Source: Candidatus Arthromitus sp. SFB-rat-Yit (GTDB lineage: Bacteria; Bacillota; Clostridia; Clostridiales; Clostridiaceae). From it: a DNA stretch of 32,000 nt. Positions within the stretch are counted from its first letter, which is position 1. Every line of letters starts with the position of its first letter. The position numbers and the translations under genes are program-made. Shown here in pieces: positions 1-8,966 of the stretch. The stretch is taken from the NCBI RefSeq assembly GCF_000283555.1, contig NC_016012.1, positions 1,206,639-1,238,638 of the forward strand, read 5' to 3'. Under the pieces are notes generated by a model, which saw only the letters and a list, made by a program, of their open reading frames with translations, was not told where the DNA came from and searched no databases.

Positions 1-1169
1 CTTCTTATCTTATCTACAGACATATTTAGAAGATCCTCAAGAAGAATAACTTCTCCTTTTCTTGTTGAAAGTTTTTTATCCTTAAACTTCACAAGACCAA
101 ATCCAACATGAACACAATCCTTTGCCCACTCATATCCCATAAGCTCAATAGTTTTAAACACTTGCTTAAAATGAAGTGCCTGAGGAGTCCCTGCTACATA
201 TATATTCTTATAAAAATCATACGTTTTCTTCCTATATAATAAAGATGCTAAATCTCTCGTTGCATAAATTGTTGCACCATCTGCTTTTTTAATAATGCAT
301 GGAGGCATATTATACTCATCGAGTCTAACAACCTTAGCTCCAAGCGAATCACTCAAAAGACTTTTCTCCTCAAGCTCGCAAACTACCTCATCCGTCTTAT
401 CAGAAAAAAATGCCTCTCCATCATAAGAATCAAACTTAACCCCTAAAGTTTTATACAATTTTTCAAACTCTAAAAGGCTAAGATCCCTAAACTTTTTCCA
501 AAGTTCTCTACACTCTTTATCCCCATCTTCAAGCATTTTAAAATACTTTCTTCCTTCATCTTCAATCGATGGATCATTTTCCGCCTCATTATGGAATTTT
601 ACATATATTCTAAATAGTTCATTTATGGGACTCTTTTCAAGTTCATCAAGGTTAACCCATCTTTTATATGCATAAATAAGCTTACCAAATTGAGTTCCCC
701 AATCCCCTAAATAATTAATTCCAACAACATTATACCCTTGAAATTTATGTAATCTATATAAAGAATTTCCTACAACAGTTGTAAATAAATGCCCTATATG
801 AAATGGTTTTGCAATATTTGGTGAAGAATAATCAATAACTATAGTCTTGCCTTCACCATAGTTTGATCTTCCATAATCATCTTTTAATTTTAATATAGTA
901 TTTAAAACACTTTTTGAAAAAATAGACTTATCTATGAAAAAATTTAAATATGCTCCAATAGTTTCAACTTTTTCAATACTCTCATGAGATATTTTTAATT
1001 TTAAATCCTCGGCAATAATTTGGGGAGATTTTTTAAGTTCCTTTGCAAGTTTAAAACACGGAAATGCAAAATCACCCATATTTTTATCAGGAGGTATCTC
1101 TATAAAATTATAAACATTTATCCCAATTATCTCTTCTATTAAATCACTTATAATTCTTTTATAATCCAC
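1..1169 (-). CDS. argS: Arginine--tRNA ligase (class I aaRS), 5' part only; the 3' end runs off the window
   Basis: My translation of the minus strand from GTG at 1167-1169 gives [10 protein letters not shown]...[23 protein letters not shown]...[10 protein letters not shown]...[13 protein letters not shown]. This contains the HIGH motif and typical ArgRS N-terminal and catalytic core blocks. An RBS, AAGGAAGGGGA, lies inside the trmB 3' end. The ORF is missing from the supplied track because it is open at the window edge. Confidence 0.88.
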   Translation of the reverse strand, partial: MDYKRIISDLIEEIIGINVYNFIEIPPDKNMGDFAFPCFKLAKELKKSPQIIAEDLKLKISHESIEKVETIGAYLNFFIDKSIFSKSVLNTILKLKDDYGRSNYGEGKTIVIDYSSPNIAKPFHIGHLFTTVVGNSLYRLHKFQGYNVVGINYLGDWGTQFGKLIYAYKRWVNLDELEKSPINELFRIYVKFHNEAENDPSIEDEGRKYFKMLEDGDKECRELWKKFRDLSLLEFEKLYKTLGVKFDSYDGEAFFSDKTDEVVCELEEKSLLSDSLGAKVVRLDEYNMPPCIIKKADGATIYATRDLASLLYRKKTYDFYKNIYVAGTPQALHFKQVFKTIELMGYEWAKDCVHVGFGLVKFKDKKLSTRKGEVILLEDLLNMSVDKIR

Positions 1170-1170
1170 A

Positions 1171-1815
1171 CTATTTTCCCCTTCCTTTATATTTTGAAAC
1201 AAGATGCATTATCTTCATTCCCTTATTTATAAATTTTTCCTCATACTCCGTCATAATATTTTTTATATTCTCACTATGTAAATCAAAAGTTTTATATATA
1301 ATCTCAAAATCATTCTCTTCTAGATATTCTATTGAAGCTAAAAAAAACTCCTCATGATCAGTTTTAAGTATTATCTTAGAATCATCTTTCATTATTTTAA
1401 TATACTTTTGTAAAAATCTAGGATAAGTTAACCTTCTTTTATTGTGTCTAGCCTTTGGCCATGGTGTTGAAAAATTTAAATATATATCCAAAACTTCATT
1501 TTCTTCAAACACTTCATCTATGTAATTAATATCAAACGATAAAATTCTTACGTTGTTTAAATTTAATTCCTCACATTTACGTTTGACATAAACTAAAACC
1601 TCATCCTTCAAATCCACAGCAACAAAATTTTTATCCATATTCTCTTTTGCAATATTTTCTATAAATTTTCCTTTACCGCATCCAAGCTCTAAACAAATAT
1701 CATTTTTATTTCCAAACAACTCATGAAATCTTCCTTTAAATTCTCTCGGATTTTTTATAAACAAATTACTCTCCAAAAGTTCTGGACGTGCCCAAGCTTT
1801 CCTTCTCAATCTCAT
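1171..1815 (-). CDS. trmB: tRNA (guanine46-N7)-methyltransferase
   Basis: The 214-aa product has [13 protein letters not shown] at the N-terminus, the SAM-binding motif [10 protein letters not shown], and the blocks [18 protein letters not shown] and MTEYEEKF. These are collinear with Bacillus TrmB. Confidence 0.9.
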   Translation of the reverse strand: MRLRRKAWARPELLESNLFIKNPREFKGRFHELFGNKNDICLELGCGKGKFIENIAKENMDKNFVAVDLKDEVLVYVKRKCEELNLNNVRILSFDINYIDEVFEENEVLDIYLNFSTPWPKARHNKRRLTYPRFLQKYIKIMKDDSKIILKTDHEEFFLASIEYLEENDFEIIYKTFDLHSENIKNIMTEYEEKFINKGMKIMHLVSKYKGRGK

Positions 1816-1880
1816 CTTATCTACCTCAAATAAAGAAATACTCTTAACAATTAATTATTTTATCATATAAAATATAAAAT

Positions 1881-1909
1881 TTGACATTATTTGAAATATT
1901 TTTTATAAT
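1881..1909 (+). promoter_or_regulatory. Consensus sigma-A type promoter upstream of birA
   Basis: TTGACA (1881-1886), an exactly 17-nt spacer, then TATAAT (1904-1909), 35 nt upstream of the birA ATG. Confidence 0.6.
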
Positions 1910-1944
1910 TAATCATCTAATTTTAGCGTATTGGGGAGTTTCAT

Positions 1945-2706
1945 ATGAGCTTAAACAATATATTTAACGCAGATATTTATGAATTTGAAACAATTTCATC
2001 AACTAACGACTTCGCAAAGCAATTATGTACGAATAGCCCAAAGAATGGAACAATTATCATCTCAAACGAGCAGACAAAAGGAAAAGGTCGTTTAGGAAAT
2101 ACATGGTCTTCAAAAAAAGATAAAGGTTTATATTTCTCCATAATTTTTAAATGCATCAATATAAAGTCAAATTATGAAACTCTAACCCTTATGATATCCC
2201 TTGCAATTTCTGATCTCCTCAAAACCTACTCATTAAATCCTAAAATTAAATGGCCAAATGATATATTGATAGATGATAAAAAAGTATGTGGCATACTCTG
2301 TGAGCTTAAACAAAATTCGCATGAAAACTTTATCATATGTGGTATAGGCATAAATCTATATCATGATATATCAGACTTTGATGAAAGTATAATAAATAAA
2401 GCAACAAGCATTATTTTAAATACAAACATAAAAATAATAAAATATGAGTTTATAAACAATTTAATTTCTCATCTTCACACCTACTACAATAATTTTATAA
2501 ACTTATCTTTTAAACCATTTTTAGATAAATATATAAGTCTGTCATCTATTTTAAATAAAGAGGTTTGTTTAAAAATAAATGGAATTGACGTGTCTGGAAT
2601 TGTCGATGGATTTGATGAATTTGGTCATTTATTATTAAAAAGGGAAAATAAAATAATTAAAGTATCATCCGGAGAAGTAACCCTTAAAAATACATATAAA
2701 AAATAA
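1945..2706 (+). CDS. birA: Biotin--[acetyl-CoA-carboxylase] ligase, class I (no N-terminal HTH repressor domain)
   Basis: GKGRLGNTWSS matches the GRGRxGRxW biotin/ATP loop, and KWPNDILIDDKKVCGIL...GIGINL is the BPL catalytic core. At 253 aa it is too short to carry a DNA-binding domain. RBS GGGGAG lies 6 nt before the ATG. Confidence 0.85.
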   Translation: MSLNNIFNADIYEFETISSTNDFAKQLCTNSPKNGTIIISNEQTKGKGRLGNTWSSKKDKGLYFSIIFKCINIKSNYETLTLMISLAISDLLKTYSLNPKIKWPNDILIDDKKVCGILCELKQNSHENFIICGIGINLYHDISDFDESIINKATSIILNTNIKIIKYEFINNLISHLHTYYNNFINLSFKPFLDKYISLSSILNKEVCLKINGIDVSGIVDGFDEFGHLLLKRENKIIKVSSGEVTLKNTYKK

Positions 2707-2729
2707 AGGAGCAATTATTGCTCCTTTTT
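2705..2729. terminator. Bidirectional intrinsic terminator between convergent genes
   Basis: Hairpin AAAGGAGCAA-TTA-TTGCTCCTTT followed by a T-run. It starts at the birA stop codon and overlaps the last codons of the convergent minus-strand gene. Confidence 0.6.
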
Positions 2730-3167
2730 AATTTCTTTCTCTTTACACTTTCCTCTATATTTAAATTCACTATCTAAAATATTTTTAATTTCCTCTTTAG
2801 ATTTAGCAGAATTTATTTTTTCCTTTGTTCCCTTAATTTTAGAAATTTTCTCCTCTAATCTCTTAACCTTATCATTATCATTTTCACTTTTATATTTTTC
2901 AATCTCTTTCTCAATAAATGAAATCTTACTATCTAAATGAGCTAAAACATTCTTCTTAGCCTCATCAAAACTACCATCCTCTAAAAGTTTAATCATAGAT
3001 TCTTTATGTTTATTGATCATCTTCTTACCATTTAAACACTGCGGACACTCTCTAGATATTTTTTTATCCATCCCCATTCCTGTAACTGATTGACCTTGAA
3101 TCACTCCTGCTATAAAAACTAAAACACATCCTAAAATCAAAATAAAATTTTTAATTTTGTTTTTCAT
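2715..3167 (-). CDS. Small exported or membrane-anchored coiled-coil protein, unknown function (paralogue of the next gene)
   Basis: I place the start at the ATG at 3165-3167 (MKNKIKNFILILGCVLVFIAG...), preceded by the RBS AAGGAGAG. It has a hydrophobic N-terminus, a CPQC motif, and a Lys/Glu-rich helical C-terminal part. Confidence 0.6.
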   Translation of the reverse strand: MKNKIKNFILILGCVLVFIAGVIQGQSVTGMGMDKKISRECPQCLNGKKMINKHKESMIKLLEDGSFDEAKKNVLAHLDSKISFIEKEIEKYKSENDNDKVKRLEEKISKIKGTKEKINSAKSKEEIKNILDSEFKYRGKCKEKEIKKEQ

Positions 3168-3202
3168 GTTAACTCTCCTTATCATTTTTATTTATTTAAA
3201 AT

Positions 3203-3592
3203 TTAAATAACTTCTTTATGCCTAACCTGCATAGCATCTCTTAAATCATCTTTTGTCTTTGCAGAATTTATATTGCTTAAAATTTTATTCAATCTCTTAA
3301 TTTCACTCTCATACAATCTAATCTTATCTTCATTATTCTCTTTTTTAAAATCTTCAAGTTTTGTAACTGTAATCTCCATCATGTTATCTATGTACCCAAG
3401 TATGGATCCCCTGATCTCATCAATTGGTGTATTATCCCAATAATCATTTGGATCAACTTCACTAACCCCAAGAGAAGCCATTGAATCTTGAGTATTAATA
3501 CTAACTGCCTCATCTTGTTTATTTGAATATCCAATACAAAACGCTGAACAAACCAAAACTCCAATAATTGAAAACATAAACATCTTGTTCAT
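3203..3592 (-). CDS. Small exported protein, unknown function (paralogue of 2715-3167)
   Basis: RBS TAGGAGGGA, a signal-like N-terminus MNKMFMFSIIGVLVCSAFC, and a C-terminal half that aligns without gaps to the neighbouring protein (..ENNEDKIRLYESEIKRLNKILSNINSAKTKDDLRD..). Confidence 0.6.
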   Translation of the reverse strand: MNKMFMFSIIGVLVCSAFCIGYSNKQDEAVSINTQDSMASLGVSEVDPNDYWDNTPIDEIRGSILGYIDNMMEITVTKLEDFKKENNEDKIRLYESEIKRLNKILSNINSAKTKDDLRDAMQVRHKEVI

Positions 3593-3609
3593 AAAATCCC
3601 TCCTAAGAT

Positions 3610-4272
3610 TTAATAAATTACACCTTCTGCATAATTTCTCTCTTCACCATCTTTAATAATCAATATTTGGTCATTAACTCCATTTTCAAGTCTAAAGCTC
3701 GGTCTATACGAAGCTTCCTCAGGATCTTTTGAAAATACTAAAAGCACATTATTTTTATCGCTGTTATTCCCAAAAATCTGTTTATACAAACCTTCAAGCT
3801 CTTCTTCAAATATCCTATCTAAATTTTCAACAACAACTGTACAATGACGAACATTTTCTCCATTCTTCTTATATTCAATAGATTCAAACACATTGTAGAA
3901 TAACTCATTACTTTCATTATCAATTTCATGTTTCAAAATTCTAAGGGTATCTTCTCTTAAACTATCTCTAAGCTCGAGTTCTACAAAATTCCTATATTCT
4001 TTTTTCAAATCAACTCGAATAGATGGTTCAAACTTATCATAAAACTCTGAATATAATTCATTCTCAACCTCTACCTTTATCGCACTTTTCATACTATTAA
4101 AAACTTTCTGACGCTCCTTATCTATATTGTTTATAATACCAATTATCGCAATACCAACAGATATAAACAAAATAACTAGAACCTTTAACCACTCTTTTTG
4201 AAAAATATTTGTCTTGCTTCTCAAAAATTTACTATCATTAGAAACAACATTTCCATTCTCTTGCTTATACAA
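3610..4272 (-). CDS. Single-pass membrane protein, unknown function
   Basis: The ORF is open to 4293, but the best start is the TTG at 4270-4272, 6 nt after GGAGGAGAG. One TM segment is visible (WLKVLVILFISVGIAIIGII). I recognise no domain. Confidence 0.5.
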   Translation of the reverse strand: MYKQENGNVVSNDSKFLRSKTNIFQKEWLKVLVILFISVGIAIIGIINNIDKERQKVFNSMKSAIKVEVENELYSEFYDKFEPSIRVDLKKEYRNFVELELRDSLREDTLRILKHEIDNESNELFYNVFESIEYKKNGENVRHCTVVVENLDRIFEEELEGLYKQIFGNNSDKNNVLLVFSKDPEEASYRPSFRLENGVNDQILIIKDGEERNYAEGVIY

Positions 4273-4310
4273 CTTTATCTCTCCTCCAAACAATACAAAT
4301 AAAATATCAC

Positions 4311-4622
4311 TTAAGATTTAATCCATTTTCTCTCAAGCCTAATCTCTTTTATCAAATCCTTTTTAAGACTTTCCCTAACATCATCTAAAAGCTCAACTCT
4401 AAGTTCTTTAAGTACTTCAGACTTTAACGAATCTTTAAGTTTTGCTTTAACTTTCGTTTCAACTCCGTTTAAAATCTCTTCTTTAACATCCCTCTTATAA
4501 TTTGTTACCATATATCTCGAAGACTCTGCCTTCACAAAATTAATTATTGGTATTTGAATAATAGTCGATAAAAATAAAACAACAATCGGAATAAGTGCAT
4601 ATTTAAATTTTATAAACTTCAT
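4311..4622 (-). CDS. Small membrane-anchored or secreted coiled-coil protein, unknown function
   Basis: RBS GAGGGAGAAG, a hydrophobic N-terminus (ALIPIVVLFLSTIIQIPIINFVKA), then a charged heptad-like stretch. Confidence 0.5.
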   Translation of the reverse strand: MKFIKFKYALIPIVVLFLSTIIQIPIINFVKAESSRYMVTNYKRDVKEEILNGVETKVKAKLKDSLKSEVLKELRVELLDDVRESLKKDLIKEIRLERKWIKS

Positions 4623-4724
4623 TAAAATCTTCTCCCTCGTTTAATCGTTAGATCTATTTTGGTATAATTGGATAATTTTAATACATTTGTAAAATTTAAA
4701 GTTTTTTGGTTTTTTTTAACGAGA

Positions 4725-4765
4725 TAAAAAAAATATGAAGAATAACTTAACAATTATCTTCATAT
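4725..4765 (-). terminator. Intrinsic terminator after the lipoprotein gene
   Basis: On the minus strand the hairpin is ATGAAGATAA..TTATTCTTCAT with one bulge, followed by a T8 run (A-run 4725-4734 on plus). It separates 4777-5325 from the four-gene operon downstream. Confidence 0.5.
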
Positions 4766-4776
4766 TTGAAAATCTT

Positions 4777-5325
4777 CTATTTAGTTGTATACAATAAAAT
4801 ATCACTGAACATTGAATCACTCACATTCTTGATTACTTTCTCGTAGTTATCAAACTGAAGTGATAAATCTATTTTCCCATTTGGGTGATCATACCTATCT
4901 ATATTTTTTATCTCCGTTAAATGAATTATTTCTTTTGAATATCCATTATCGGGCGTAAATACTATTGAATTTCTTGTAACTTCAAAATTTCCCAAAATAT
5001 CAACACCATCTAAATTGTATTTACCATAATATGTATTTTTTATATTAGCTAAATCCTCATCCTTAAATTCCTTTGCTTCAATATATGTACTATTTTCTCC
5101 TCTGCTTTCCATGTTTTCTCTCTTATCATAGGAATTCCTAGAAGTATTTCCCGTATCTCTGTTATAATTTTCAAAAGTTTTTTTATCACTTACACTGCTT
5201 AAAGCACTCTCAAACTTATCAACATTCGCACTTTTTGTACAACTAACCATTATGATTAATATCAAAACCATACAAAATATAATAATAGGTCTTGTTATAT
5301 TAAAAGAATTTCTACCATTGTTCAT
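4777..5325 (-). CDS. Putative lipoprotein, unknown function
   Basis: RBS AAAGGAGAA and a signal peptide ending in the lipobox-like IIMVSC. The mature part is polar (Asn/Ser/Asp-rich). Confidence 0.6.
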   Translation of the reverse strand: MNNGRNSFNITRPIIIFCMVLILIIMVSCTKSANVDKFESALSSVSDKKTFENYNRDTGNTSRNSYDKRENMESRGENSTYIEAKEFKDEDLANIKNTYYGKYNLDGVDILGNFEVTRNSIVFTPDNGYSKEIIHLTEIKNIDRYDHPNGKIDLSLQFDNYEKVIKNVSDSMFSDILLYTTK

Positions 5326-5479
5326 TTTTAAAATTCTCCTTTCTTATAATAATAATTTTTGTTATAATTAGCTTATTTCAATTTAGTTATACTTAAGATT
5401 ATGTATTATATTTCCAGATTTATCGATATTTTATACTAAATATTTTAAAATTAATAATTTTGGAGGATCTTTACCTGAG

Positions 5480-6373
5480 ATGAATTTAAATATAATAACT
5501 GTTCCTACATTTTATGGATGTGATAAAAAAGGAGTTGAACTAGGCCCTAAAACTCTAATTGTAAATAATCTTATATCTACTATTGAGAATTGTGGACACA
5601 AAATAAATGAAATAATTGATATACCAATAAAAATAGATGATAAAGATAAATTTAACACTAATAAACAAATCAAATATTTTGATAAAGTAATACCTATGGT
5701 TAAGAATATCTCAAAAATAATTGAAGAAAGCCATAAAAACAATGTATTCCCATTGGTTATAGGTGGAGATCATTCTATATCTATCGGATCTCTTGCTGGT
5801 TTTTCTAAAAGTTTTAACGATACTGGAATAATTTGGGTGGATGCTCATGGAGATTTAAATATTCCAAGCTCATCTCCATCGTGTAATGCTCACGGAATGC
5901 CTCTTGCTTGCTCTCTTGGATATGGACATAAGGAATTTATATCAATATTTGAAAAAACTATTGATCCAAAAAATGTATTTTTATTTGGAATACGCTCACT
6001 TGATAATTGGGAAAAAGAATTTATAATCAAAAATGAAATGCACGTTTACGATGGAAATTCATTCGATAATATCCCTCAAAATACAATGATCGAAACCCTA
6101 AATAAATACATAATAAAAAATAATATTAAAAACTTCCATTTATCATTTGATATAGATGTATTTGATCCTTTTATTGCACCTGGAACTGGTACTCCTGTAA
6201 AAAAAGGATTATCTATGGAGAACGTTAAAAATCTTATGGATAAATTATTATCTTCTTTAAACATAGTTTCAATGGATTTTGTTGAATTTAATCCTCTTCT
6301 TGATAAAAACAATAAAACATTGAATGCTTGTCTTGAAATTCTTGACTTTACATTTAGGAGGATAAACAAATAA
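5480..6373 (+). CDS. rocF: Arginase (ureohydrolase family)
   Basis: The Mn-binding ureohydrolase motifs GGDHSISIGSLAG, WVDAHGDLN, SPSCNAHGMPLA and SFDIDVFDP are present, and the protein is collinear with B. subtilis RocF over its whole length. Confidence 0.8.
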   Translation: MNLNIITVPTFYGCDKKGVELGPKTLIVNNLISTIENCGHKINEIIDIPIKIDDKDKFNTNKQIKYFDKVIPMVKNISKIIEESHKNNVFPLVIGGDHSISIGSLAGFSKSFNDTGIIWVDAHGDLNIPSSSPSCNAHGMPLACSLGYGHKEFISIFEKTIDPKNVFLFGIRSLDNWEKEFIIKNEMHVYDGNSFDNIPQNTMIETLNKYIIKNNIKNFHLSFDIDVFDPFIAPGTGTPVKKGLSMENVKNLMDKLLSSLNIVSMDFVEFNPLLDKNNKTLNACLEILDFTFRRINK

Positions 6374-6984
6374 TGAGATTATTATTTTTAGATACTGAAA
6401 CTACGGATAAATCTCCGGGTCAAATATGCCAATTAACATATATAATATATGATACAGATTTACCTAAGGAAAATAGAGTTCAAGCAAAAAATTTCTTCTT
6501 TTCTGTAGACTTTGTCACAGATACTGCCTATAATGTCCATGGATTTAATATTGATATACTAAAAAAATTAAGTGGAAATTTGAAATTTAAAGACCTCTAC
6601 AAATTATTCAAAAAAGATTTATTAGAGAATGATTTCATAATCGGTCACAATGTAAATTTTGATATTTCTTTTTTAAAAAGAGAGTTCGATAGAATCGACA
6701 TTGAATTTAAACCTAAAAATTTGTTTTGCTCTATGAACTATTTTAAAAATATACTCAAACTTAAAAACTCAATTGGAACAATTAAATCACCAAAATTATC
6801 TGAGCTTTTAGATCATCTTAAAATCACTGAAGATAATATCTTAAGCTCCACAACCAAATTATTTAATAGTGATGAAACTCATTTCCATGACGCACGGTTT
6901 GATACAACAGCACTCTATCTTGCAATTATAAAATCCATTAAGCTTAATTTAATAAGTAATGGATTTTTTTCAAGTCAAATATAA
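6373..6984 (+). CDS. DEDDh 3'-5' exonuclease (DnaQ / Pol III epsilon-like)
   Basis: ExoI LFLDTETTD, ExoII GHNVNFDISFL and ExoIII HDARFDT motifs. The start ATG overlaps the arginase stop codon (TAATG). Confidence 0.8.
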   Translation: MRLLFLDTETTDKSPGQICQLTYIIYDTDLPKENRVQAKNFFFSVDFVTDTAYNVHGFNIDILKKLSGNLKFKDLYKLFKKDLLENDFIIGHNVNFDISFLKREFDRIDIEFKPKNLFCSMNYFKNILKLKNSIGTIKSPKLSELLDHLKITEDNILSSTTKLFNSDETHFHDARFDTTALYLAIIKSIKLNLISNGFFSSQI

Positions 6985-7005
6985 AATTTACTAGGGGTGT
7001 TTTTT

Positions 7006-8352
7006 ATGATTAATGCAAAAAATTATATAAAAGATGTTTACCAAAAGGTTATATCTAAAAATCCCTCAGAACTCGAATTTCATCAAGCAGTACACGAAAT
7101 TCTATTTTCGCTTGAACCTTTATTGGAAAAATATCCAAAATATATAGATCAAAATATATTAGAAAGAATTGTTGAACCAGATAGATTTATTCAATTTAGA
7201 GTAGCATGGGTTGACGATAATGGAAAAACTCAAATTAATAGAGGATTTAGAGTTCAATTTAATAATGCAATAGGACCATATAAAGGAGGTCTTCGTTTTC
7301 ACCCAACAGTTTGCCCTTCTATAATTAAATTTTTAGGTTTTGAGCAAATATTTAAAAATTCACTAACATCCCTTCCTATGGGTGGTGGAAAAGGAGGTTC
7401 TGACTTCAATCCAAAAGGAAAATCGGATAATGAAATAATGCGATTTTGTCAGGCATTTATGAGTGAACTTTATAAGTACATCGGCGAAAATATAGATGTT
7501 CCTGCTGGAGATATCGGAGTTTCCTCAAAAGAAATCGGATATATGTTTGGAGAATACAAGAAACTTAAAAATGATTTTACTGGAGTTCTAACTGGAAAAG
7601 GAATTAATTTTGGAGGAAGTCTTGCTCGCACTGAAGCTACCGGATATGGTTTATGCTACTTTGGAGAAGAAATGCTAAATACATTCTCTAAATCTTTTAA
7701 AAACTCTAAAGTTTCTATCTCAGGATCTGGTAATGTTGCAATTTACGCAGCTCAAAAATCTTATGAACTTGGTGCAACTGTGGTATCTATGAGCGACTCC
7801 TCTGGATACATTTATAATGAAAATGGAATCGATATATCTATTATAAAGGAAATCAAAGAAGTTAATCATGAAAGAATAAGTAAATATTTAAACTTTGATA
7901 AAAGCACAAAATTTGTTCCGAATTTTAAAGAAATTTGGAATGAAAAATGCGATATTGCACTCCCATGTGCAACACAAAATGAAATAGATGAAGAATCCGC
8001 AAAAATATTAGTTAAAAATGGATGTTTCTGTGTTTGTGAAGGATCCAATATGTCATCAACTCCCGAAGCTATAAAATTATTTTTAGATAACAACATTTTA
8101 TTTGGACCTTCAAAGGCTGCAAATGCTGGTGGAGTTGCAGTTTCTGGTCTTGAAATGTCACAAAACTCTCTTAGATATTCATGGCCTTTTAAGGAAGTTG
8201 ATGACAAACTTAAAAATATAATGAAAAATATATTTACGATTTGTTACGATACGTGTAATGAATTCTCTCTTGGAAATAATTTTCTTGCAGGTGCAAATAT
8301 TTCTGGATTTAAAAAAGTTGGAGATGCAATGATATCTCAAGGTGTATATTAA
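7006..8352 (+). CDS. gdhA: NADP-specific glutamate dehydrogenase
   Basis: KGGLRFHP, PMGGGKGGSDF and GSGNVA (the Rossmann glycine motif) are present, and the length is typical of hexameric GDH. I prefer the ATG at 7006 (RBS TAGGGG, 8 nt upstream) over the GTG at 6997 used in the track. Confidence 0.9.
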   Translation: MINAKNYIKDVYQKVISKNPSELEFHQAVHEILFSLEPLLEKYPKYIDQNILERIVEPDRFIQFRVAWVDDNGKTQINRGFRVQFNNAIGPYKGGLRFHPTVCPSIIKFLGFEQIFKNSLTSLPMGGGKGGSDFNPKGKSDNEIMRFCQAFMSELYKYIGENIDVPAGDIGVSSKEIGYMFGEYKKLKNDFTGVLTGKGINFGGSLARTEATGYGLCYFGEEMLNTFSKSFKNSKVSISGSGNVAIYAAQKSYELGATVVSMSDSSGYIYNENGIDISIIKEIKEVNHERISKYLNFDKSTKFVPNFKEIWNEKCDIALPCATQNEIDEESAKILVKNGCFCVCEGSNMSSTPEAIKLFLDNNILFGPSKAANAGGVAVSGLEMSQNSLRYSWPFKEVDDKLKNIMKNIFTICYDTCNEFSLGNNFLAGANISGFKKVGDAMISQGVY

Positions 8353-8357
8353 AAATT

Positions 8358-8390
8358 AAACGGTATGAAAATCTCATACCGTTTTTTTTA
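8358..8390. terminator. Intrinsic terminator between convergent gdhA and the lipoprotein gene
   Basis: AAACGGTATGA-AAATC-TCATACCGTTT followed by T8. An A-rich tract on the 5' side allows action in both directions. Confidence 0.7.
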
Positions 8391-8397
8391 TACAAAA

Positions 8398-8880
8398 TTA
8401 TTTTACTAACTTCTGTAGGTTTTCAAGAATCTTTGCTGCATTATCAGCTATAATATATCCTTTTATATTACCCTCAGTAAACTTTTTAACTCCTTTAACA
8501 AGTTCATACTGATCAGGTAAATATTTACTCCATGTCACTTCTAAATCTTCTAATCTTTTTGTAATTCCCTTATCAATTGCATCTGATTGTTCTTTACTTG
8601 AAAATTTAAATATTGCTATCTCTGTCGCTTGAACATTCATCATACTCATAGAAAATGTAGCTTCATCATAGTTAGAAGAAGTTATAGAAGTTAAACTTTC
8701 TATTTCACTTGAAGAAATTTGATTCAATTTTGGAAGTTCAACTCCATTTGTTATTTTATCATAAACCTCTTTAGTTGAAATAGTAACATTTTTGTTTTTT
8801 GCTCCACCACAAGAAACCATAATACCAACCAATAAAAAACACACAAAAACAAATGAAAACCTTTTTATATTATTAAACAA
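8398..8880 (-). CDS. Putative lipoprotein (possibly DUF4358-like), unknown function
   Basis: The best start is the TTG at 8878-8880, 6 nt after AGAGGTGG. This gives MFNNIKRFSFVFVCFLLVGIMVSC-GG, a classical lipoprotein signal with lipobox. The track ORF extends to 8952 without a convincing RBS. The family assignment is from memory only. Confidence 0.55.
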   Translation of the reverse strand: MFNNIKRFSFVFVCFLLVGIMVSCGGAKNKNVTISTKEVYDKITNGVELPKLNQISSSEIESLTSITSSNYDEATFSMSMMNVQATEIAIFKFSSKEQSDAIDKGITKRLEDLEVTWSKYLPDQYELVKGVKKFTEGNIKGYIIADNAAKILENLQKLVK

Positions 8881-8966
8881 AATAAACCACCTCTTTAATT
8901 TATTAATCTTATTTTGCATCACATAATTTTTTTTTATACAAAAAAGTACCACACAAATGCAGTACT

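Noticed and set aside
5326-5479. A possible ArgR/AhrC ARG box (ATGTATTATATTTCCA) upstream of arginase.
   Set aside because: It matches only about 7 of 10 conserved positions of TGAAT-W4-ATTCA. In this AT-rich context a match that weak is expected by chance.
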